Positions 57,540 to 64,000 of a stretch of DNA of 64,000 bases are shown here, one piece after another. Below the pieces are notes generated by a model. The model was given only the letters and a program-made list of their open reading frames with translations. It searched no databases and was not told the origin of the DNA. The stretch's first letter is position 1, and each line of letters starts with the position of its first letter. The DNA is from Deltaproteobacteria bacterium (lineage in GTDB: Bacteria > Myxococcota_A > UBA796 > UBA2385): the NCBI GenBank assembly GCA_016792625.1, contig JAEUKK010000044.1, positions 34,365 through 98,364 on the forward strand. The letters run 5' to 3'. A program made the position numbers and the translations under genes.

Positions 57540-57964
57540 GAGTACAACTCCGGAGGACCCTGGGGTTCAAGGGGCGCGGTCCTGCGCCTGAGGGTATCAC
57601 TGGACCCTCCGCGTCAGCGCGGGCCTCTCGTCCCCCGCCGCCCGCCGAGGGCGTCCACACAGCGAATTTGCACACACGACCTCAAGGGTGCCGCGGCGGG
57701 ATGACCCCTTTGGGGCGGGTGGCTGCACCGTAGGGGCCAGCAGCTTTGGGCGCCTCGCCGGCCGGTGGCCGCCGGCGGCCCTCCTGCGGGCGCGGGCTGC
57801 GCCCTTGGCCGCGCCCAGGGGCGCGTCCGGCGCTGCGCGCCGCCCTCCGGCCGGCCTGGCGCGCGCGAGGCGGACTTGGGCGGGGTCGCGCGCCCCTCGG
57901 CGCGGCCTGCGGTGGGCGGGCCCGGCGCGGCCGGGCGCGCCCCGCGGCGACCTCGGGCGGCGCG

Positions 57965-58120
57965 CCATCCACAAGCCTTGACCTGTCAATCCACAACCCT
58001 GAACACACATCATCCACAGCGCTGAACGGGCCTGTGGAACGTCATCTTCGCCGACGCCTCTTTGGACTTATCCCCAGGCTGGGCCCCGGTTCCCCACAGT
58101 TGTCCCCAGAGTTATCCACA
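57965..58120 (+). promoter_or_regulatory. Cluster of same-orientation DnaA-box-like 9-mers (one perfect TTATCCACA)
   Basis: Boxes: CCATCCACA 57965-57973, CAATCCACA 57987-57995, TCATCCACA 58010-58018, TTATCCCCA 58068-58076, TTCCCCACA 58090-58098, TTGTCCCCA 58100-58108, TTATCCACA 58112-58120. Several start-to-start spacings are 22-23 nt. The region is locally less GC-rich. Confidence 0.4.
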
Positions 58121-58214
58121 GGTGTGGGGGCAGGCTGGGGGTAGGTCGGACCTGGGGATGGGCGGGGCCAACGCAGGCGGGGCCAACGCGGGAGGCGCCC
58201 ACCCCCGCCTCGCG

Positions 58215-58335
58215 CGCGCCACCCCGACCGCAGCGCCGGCCGCAGGCCGGGTCGCGCAGCGACCGAGGGCGATCGCCCGAGCGCGCAGGGCGGGGGCCGG
58301 CGGCCCGCGGCCGCCGGGGCGCCCAACCATAAGCC
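58215..58335 (+). repeat. Partial copy of the dispersed intergenic repeat family
   Basis: cccgaccgcagcgc..ggtcgcgcagcgaccgag...ggggcgcccaa aligns with 43918-44042. Hairpin at 58250-58264. Confidence 0.6.
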
Positions 58336-58346
58336 GGCAGGGTATC

Positions 58347-58805
58347 TCAGTGCGTGCAGAGCACCGGGACAGGGCTGGTGCGCACGACCCGCTCGGTGAC
58401 CGAGCCCAGCAGGGCCCGCTGCAGGCCGGTGCGGCCCAGCGTGCCCATCACCACCAGATCGTGCCCGTTGGCCTTGACCTCGGCGATGATCTCGTCAGGG
58501 GCGTAGCCCTCGCGCACGAGCAGGGTGCGGCTGAGGCCGGCGGGCAGGTGGTCCTCGGCGAGCTGCTGCAGCTTGGCCAGCTGCTCTTTGTTGACCTCGG
58601 CGCTGAGCTGGGCGAAGAGCGGCCCGCTGGCGCCAGCGAAGCCATACTCGGACGCGACCAGGTGCGGCACCACTCCGACGTGCAGCAGCGTGATCTGGCC
58701 GCCGGGGCGCACCAGCCGCAGGCCCAGCGCCAGCGCGTGCAGCGAGGCGTCAGAGAAGTCAGTGGGGACGAGCACGCTGGCGAAGAGGGGGCTCTCGGTG
58801 GTCAT
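58347..58805 (-). CDS. Universal stress protein (UspA family)
   Basis: VLVPTDFSDAS...LLHV...DLVVMGTLGRTGLQRALLGSVTERVVRTSPVPVL. Confidence 0.9.
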   Translation of the reverse strand: MTTESPLFASVLVPTDFSDASLHALALGLRLVRPGGQITLLHVGVVPHLVASEYGFAGASGPLFAQLSAEVNKEQLAKLQQLAEDHLPAGLSRTLLVREGYAPDEIIAEVKANGHDLVVMGTLGRTGLQRALLGSVTERVVRTSPVPVLCTH

Positions 58806-58910
58806 GGGCTCTCCAGGGGCCGGCGGGGCCGGCGGGGTTGGCGCCGGGAGTATCCCGGCCGGATCGTGAGAAGTGACTGCAGTACGTTGTGATTGGCACG
58901 CAGCGCGGGC

Positions 58911-59570
58911 TCAGGGCTGGGCCAGGGCCACCCGCCCACCGAGGCTCAGCGCCCCGAGGAGCAGCACGCCCAGCGCCAACGCGCGCCGGTGGGCCGGGCT
59001 GCGGACGGCGAGGCGCTGCACCCCGCCCGCCACGAGCGCCAGCGCCGGCGTCGTGCCCAGGCCAAAGGCGAACATGCTCAGCGCGCCGCCCGCCGCGCCG
59101 CCGGACACCAGCGGGGCCGAGAGGGCCGCCCAGACCAGACCGCAGGGCAAGAGGCCGGTCAGCGCGCCAAAGCCGAGGCGGGCGAGGGTGCCCGGCCGCC
59201 GCAGCAGGGCCGCTGCAGCGGCTCCCAGGCGGGCGAGCGGGCCGCGGGCGGGCAAGGCGGGCAGCAGGCCGCCGAGCTGCAGGCTGAGAAGCAGCAGCGC
59301 CGCGCCAGCGAGGGCCGTGCCCAGCCAGCCCGGCCCGGGCAGCCGGGCCCCCAGCGCGCCGACCGCCGCCCCGAGCGCGCTGTAGGTGAGCAGGCGGCCC
59401 AGAGTCCAGGCGGCAAAACCTTGGGCGCCGCCGGCGGCGCAGCCAAAACCCCCGCACATGCCCACGCAGTGCGGGCTGCCGATGAGGCCCGAGAGCGCGG
59501 CCGCGCCGACCGCGCCGGCCAGGGGTGCGGCGGCGAGCAGTACGCCCACGGGAGGGCCGAGCTCGATCAC
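58911..59570 (-). CDS. DsbD_2 / TauE-like membrane protein of the type found in cbb3 oxidase assembly clusters
   Basis: The GTG start overlaps the upstream stop (GTGA). HCVGMCGGFG motif in TM1, and six hydrophobic segments. Confidence 0.8.
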   Translation of the reverse strand: MIELGPPVGVLLAAAPLAGAVGAAALSGLIGSPHCVGMCGGFGCAAGGAQGFAAWTLGRLLTYSALGAAVGALGARLPGPGWLGTALAGAALLLLSLQLGGLLPALPARGPLARLGAAAAALLRRPGTLARLGFGALTGLLPCGLVWAALSAPLVSGGAAGGALSMFAFGLGTTPALALVAGGVQRLAVRSPAHRRALALGVLLLGALSLGGRVALAQP

Positions 59571-59899
59571 GGGCCATCCCCGCCGTTGCCTTCACCACCC
59601 TGGGGGCGGAGGCGAATGAACTCGGCGGCGATGAGCACGAGGCCACCCGTGCTGTGCACGAGGCGCAGGTTCAGCGCCGGGTAGCCCAAGGCCACGAGGC
59701 GGCCCCGCAGCCGCTCGCGCAGGGCCTCGGGCTCACCGGGCACGGCCAGGGTGAGGCCGACCAGCTCGTCGCGGCGCCCGCGGGTGACGTCGGCGAGGTT
59801 CTGGTGGAGGGCGGACAGCGCGTCGTCGTCGGGCGACGGCGCGCGGTCTACAGGGTGGGCGGTGGGCGCTGGCCCGGCCTGCGCGAAGAGTGGACGCAC
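59567..59899 (-). CDS. Hypothetical small protein
   Basis: 110-aa ORF with a GTG start, 4-nt overlap with the downstream membrane protein gene, and GC3-rich codons. No motif recognised. Confidence 0.5.
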   Translation of the reverse strand: MRPLFAQAGPAPTAHPVDRAPSPDDDALSALHQNLADVTRGRRDELVGLTLAVPGEPEALRERLRGRLVALGYPALNLRLVHSTGGLVLIAAEFIRLRPQGGEGNGGDGP

Positions 59900-60167
59900 G
59901 GGACCTCCGACCTGGGCCTTGGCAAGGGGTGTGCCAGGGGCCCCGGGGCGGCGAACCCCCGTCTATAAGACGCGGAGTATTCCGGGTTGTAGTCGCGCGC
60001 CCCCCGCCCGCGCCCCCCGCCCGCCTGGGCGCAGCCGGGTGCCCGCCGCGCTGCCCGTGTGGGTTGGCCCCCTGAGGGTGTGGCAAATGCCACGGGTGTG
60101 GGGCAGATCGGGCGGCCCCCCGGGGGGCTTGCCCCGAGATTGGCGTGCCACGGCACCATCGGGTGGG

Positions 60168-60186
60168 TTGGCACGGAATGTGCCAA
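60168..60186 (+). promoter_or_regulatory. Perfect palindrome TTGGCAC-GGAAT-GTGCCAA, which also reads as a sigma-54 -24/-12-like element (TGGCACG-N4-GTGC)
   Basis: Lies 85 nt upstream of the ccoN ATG. Related palindromes are GTGGCA-AA-TGCCAC at 60080-60093 and TGGC-GT-GCCA at 60141-60150. Confidence 0.35.
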
Positions 60187-60270
60187 GGCGGGGTTCGGGA
60201 GGTCGTACCCGTGTCTTCACTTCAATCTGCACCGCACAACAGCGGCCTGGCGCACGGGGGGTCGAACGCC

Positions 60271-61686
<1,416 letters not shown>

Positions 61687-61785
61687 GCGGCCCGGCGCGA
61701 GAGAGCCCCCGCTCTCGCCGCGCCCTGGTCTGCCCCGCCTCTTGGTCTGCCCCTCTCCTGGCCCACCTCTCCCTCTGAGGCCAAT

Positions 61786-62625
61786 ATGAGCACCCACGAC
61801 TCCAACTCTCCCTCGGGCCGCCCCGAAGACTCCTGGCACCGCAAGCTGCTGGAAGGGCGCGCCGGTCTCTTCGCCGTGGTCACCACAGTCGGGATCTCCA
61901 TCGGCGGCATCGCTGAGATCGTCCCGATGTACACCATCGCCGCGGGCCCCGAGGTCCTCGAGGACGTCAAGCCCTACACCCCGCTCGAGGTCGCCGGCCG
62001 CGACATCTACAGCCGCGAGGGCTGCGTCCAGTGCCACAGCCAGATGATCCGCCCCTTCCGGGCCGAGACCCTGCGCTACGGCACGTGGTCCCGCGCCGGT
62101 GAGTACGCCTTCGACCGGCCCTTCCTGCTCGGCTCGCGGCGCATCGGCCCCGACCTGCACCGGGTCGGCGGCAAGTACCCCAACGCCTGGCACTTCGAGC
62201 ACATGCGCGACCCCCGCGCGACCTCGCCAGGCAGCATCATGCCGCCCTACTCCTGGCTGCACGAGGACAGCTACACCAAGGCCGACGTGCAGGCGAGCAT
62301 CACCGCCCTCTCGACCTTGGGTGTGCCCTACAGCGCGGCCGACCAGGCCGATGTCGGGCCCTCGATCGACAAGCAGGCCGGTGAGATCGTCGCCGACCTG
62401 GCCAAGGCGGGCATCCAGACCCAGCCCGACAAAGAGATCGTCGCGCTCATCGCCTACCTGCAGCGCCTGGGCACCGACGGCAAGGCGGCCCTCGCCGCCC
62501 GTGAGGCGGGGGGTGGCACCGCCCCCGCCGACACCGCGCCCACCACCCCGGTGGCCCCGGCCCCGGTCGAGGCCGCCGCGGCCGCGCCGGTGACCCTGGC
62601 CGACGCCGCCCCCGCGGCGCAGTGA
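61786..62625 (+). CDS. ccoO: cbb3-type cytochrome c oxidase subunit II (monoheme), with Ala/Pro-rich C-terminal extension
   Basis: TM anchor, EGCVQCHSQMIRP heme site, GPDLHRVGGKY, HFEHMRDPR. Confidence 0.95.
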   Translation: MSTHDSNSPSGRPEDSWHRKLLEGRAGLFAVVTTVGISIGGIAEIVPMYTIAAGPEVLEDVKPYTPLEVAGRDIYSREGCVQCHSQMIRPFRAETLRYGTWSRAGEYAFDRPFLLGSRRIGPDLHRVGGKYPNAWHFEHMRDPRATSPGSIMPPYSWLHEDSYTKADVQASITALSTLGVPYSAADQADVGPSIDKQAGEIVADLAKAGIQTQPDKEIVALIAYLQRLGTDGKAALAAREAGGGTAPADTAPTTPVAPAPVEAAAAAPVTLADAAPAAQ

Positions 62626-62632
62626 GGCGGCG

Positions 62633-62824
62633 ATGAACCCCCTCATCGAGGCGGCCAAGGACGGCCTGACCCAGGGCTGGCTGATGGGCGTCATGACCAT
62701 CTTCTTCCTCTCGACCTTCGTGGGCTGGGCGATCTGGGCCTGGGCCCCCTTCAACCGCAAGCTGATGGAGGCCGCAGCGGGCATGCCGCTCGACGACAGC
62801 CTCCCGTCTCGAGGTGACGCATGA
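62633..62824 (+). CDS. ccoQ: cbb3-type oxidase small subunit CcoQ/FixQ-like
   Basis: 63 aa with a single TM segment. GWLMGVMTIFFLSTFVGWAIWAWAPFNRKLMEAAAGMPLDD resembles FixQ. Its stop overlaps the ccoP start (ATGA). Confidence 0.8.
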   Translation: MNPLIEAAKDGLTQGWLMGVMTIFFLSTFVGWAIWAWAPFNRKLMEAAAGMPLDDSLPSRGDA

Positions 62825-63330
62825 GCACGTACAAAGAGGACGTCGTCCTCGGTCACGCTGACGAGGCCGACGGCATCGACGAGTATGACAACCGCCTGCC
62901 CCGCTGGTGGCTGGGTCTCTTCTACGGCTGCGTCGCCTGGGCCGGGGTCTATCTCGTGTGGTTTCACGTCATCGAGGACACGAGCCAGGCCAAGATGTAC
63001 GACGAAGAGGTGGCCGCGGCCGAGGTGCAGTGGCCCAAGCCGACGGCCGAGCAGGCCCTGGCCAAGGCCGCCACGCCCGAGGCGATCGCCGCGGGCAAGG
63101 TGATCTACCAGAGCAACTGCATTGGCTGCCACGGCCCCGAGCTCAAGGGGGGCATCGGCCCCGACCTGACCGACGGCACGTGGATCCATGGCGGCGGCCT
63201 CGCCGACATCAACAAGACGGTCAGCGAGGGTGTGCCAGCCAAGGGCATGCTCGCCTGGGGCCCCATCCTCGGGCCCGAGAAGGTCGCCCAGGTCGCTGCT
63301 TTCGTCCATAGCAGCGGCGGCGGCTCCTGA
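62821..63330 (+). CDS. ccoP: cbb3-type oxidase subunit III, short monoheme form
   Basis: FixP N-terminal motif DGIDEYDNRLPRWWLGLFY, one TM segment, and a single CIGCHG heme c site. Only 169 aa. Confidence 0.85.
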   Translation: MSTYKEDVVLGHADEADGIDEYDNRLPRWWLGLFYGCVAWAGVYLVWFHVIEDTSQAKMYDEEVAAAEVQWPKPTAEQALAKAATPEAIAAGKVIYQSNCIGCHGPELKGGIGPDLTDGTWIHGGGLADINKTVSEGVPAKGMLAWGPILGPEKVAQVAAFVHSSGGGS

Positions 63331-63421
63331 GCTTGCCCGGGGCCTTCGGGCCCCACCGCGCCCTGTCCCCTCTCCCGCCGCTCGGCGCCCCTGCGCCGGC
63401 GGCCGCGCCTTGGAGCCCCCC

Positions 63422-63616
63422 ATGCGCAGCCCCACCGCCCCGACCGTGGCCCCAGACCCCCAGCGCGAGGCCGATGCCCGCGCTGGCAAGGCCCTGATGA
63501 TCGGCCTGCTCGTGCTCTTCTTCGGCATGGCCTTCACCGCCAACGGCCTCATCGTCTATATGTCCAGCCGCTCGCCGAACCCCATCGTCGAGTCCTACAC
63601 CACCGAGCGGCGCTGA
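63422..63616 (+). CDS. Small membrane protein resembling only the N-terminal TM region of FixH/CcoH
   Basis: ATG at 63422, in frame with track ORF 63188..63616. GKALMIGLLVLFFGMAFTANGLIVYMS. 64 aa. Confidence 0.5.
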   Translation: MRSPTAPTVAPDPQREADARAGKALMIGLLVLFFGMAFTANGLIVYMSSRSPNPIVESYTTERR

Positions 63617-63617
63617 G

Positions 63618-64000
63618 ATGCCCGCCCCGCGCCCGCCGGCGGCCCGCCCGGCCTCTGTGCCCTGCGCCCACTGCGGCACGCCGATCGAGCTCGCCGGTCA
63701 GGCCTCGGACTACTGCTGCAGCGGCTGTGAGACCGCCGCGGCGATCATCCGCGGCGCGGGCCTCGATCAGTACTACGCCGAGCGCGAGGCCAGGCCCGAC
63801 CGACCCGGCGGGGTCGTGGTGCGCGGCTGGGACAGCGTTCCCGTCGTGCCCGCCGCCGACGGCACGGTCGAGGCCACCCTGCGCCTCGACGGCCTGCACT
63901 GCGCCAGTTGCGTCTGGGTCACCGAGCAGCTGATGGCCCGGGCCGAGGGTGTGCACGATGCCCAGGTGTCTTATGGGTCGGGCAAGGTCAGCCTGCGCTT
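63618..64000 (+). CDS. ccoI: Copper-translocating P1B-type ATPase CcoI/FixI, N-terminal part (runs off the window)
   Basis: Absent from the track because there is no stop. The ATG is 1 nt after the upstream TGA. N-terminal metal-binding domain CAHCGTPI...YCCSGCETAAAIIRGAGLDQYY, then HMA-like LRLDGLHCASCVWVTEQ. Confidence 0.85.
   Translation, partial: MPAPRPPAARPASVPCAHCGTPIELAGQASDYCCSGCETAAAIIRGAGLDQYYAEREARPDRPGGVVVRGWDSVPVVPAADGTVEATLRLDGLHCASCVWVTEQLMARAEGVHDAQVSYGSGKVSLR

Noticed and set aside
57540-58346. Calling this intergenic region oriC
   Set aside because: A DnaA-box cluster is present, but I see no adjacent dnaA/dnaN, no clear AT-rich unwinding element, and I cannot compute GC skew. 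It is reported only as a DnaA-box cluster.

Overview
Domain calls below rest on motif recognition alone; no searches were run, and GC statements are by eye, not computed. This is a very GC-rich bacterial chromosome segment, almost certainly from a myxobacterium. Two secreted proteins end in MYXO-CTERM-type tails, and there are many lipoproteins and FG-GAP / MopE-motif surface proteins. Long shadow ORFs occur on every strand, so I kept only ORFs with recognisable motifs, signal peptides, SD-like sites or tight operon coupling. I found about 50 coding regions and no rRNA, tRNA, CRISPR array, transposase or integrase. The ends of the window are housekeeping-like. On the left are a GH31 hydrolase, PlsC-type acyltransferase, MscS channel, IMPase, an Hsp70/J-protein pair, VOC, FGE-type, an ECF-type transporter operon, an M23 peptidase and an acyl-CoA dehydrogenase. 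On the right are a rSAM/GT-C pair, a 1442-aa adhesin-like protein, Usp, ccoNOQP and the start of ccoI. The stretch from about 34.4 to 48.3 kb looks accessory and is the most interesting part. It holds (a) a lower-GC two-gene module of an EEP-family nuclease/phosphatase plus an unknown partner; (b) a 42-bp tandem array of about 7.5 units with an inverted-repeat core, resembling sopC or iterons; (c) a 9-bp GGG microsatellite in a divergent promoter; (d) a translationally coupled trio of an AAA_15/21-type ATPase, a DUF4435/TOPRIM-like protein and a DUF262 protein, i.e. a PARIS/AbiL-like pair extended by a ParB-fold DUF262 protein, my best candidate for an undescribed defence system; and (e) an ORC/Cdc6-like AAA+ ATPase plus an 856-aa TPR protein, bracketed by two nearly identical ~180-nt direct repeats. 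Other notable signals are a dispersed intergenic repeat family with a compensatorily conserved hairpin (6 copies), a phased cluster of DnaA-box-like 9-mers including one perfect TTATCCACA, TGGCA/TGCCA palindromes with a sigma-54-like promoter upstream of ccoN, a monoheme CcoP, a possible frameshifted gene, and a likely CTG-initiated lipoprotein.
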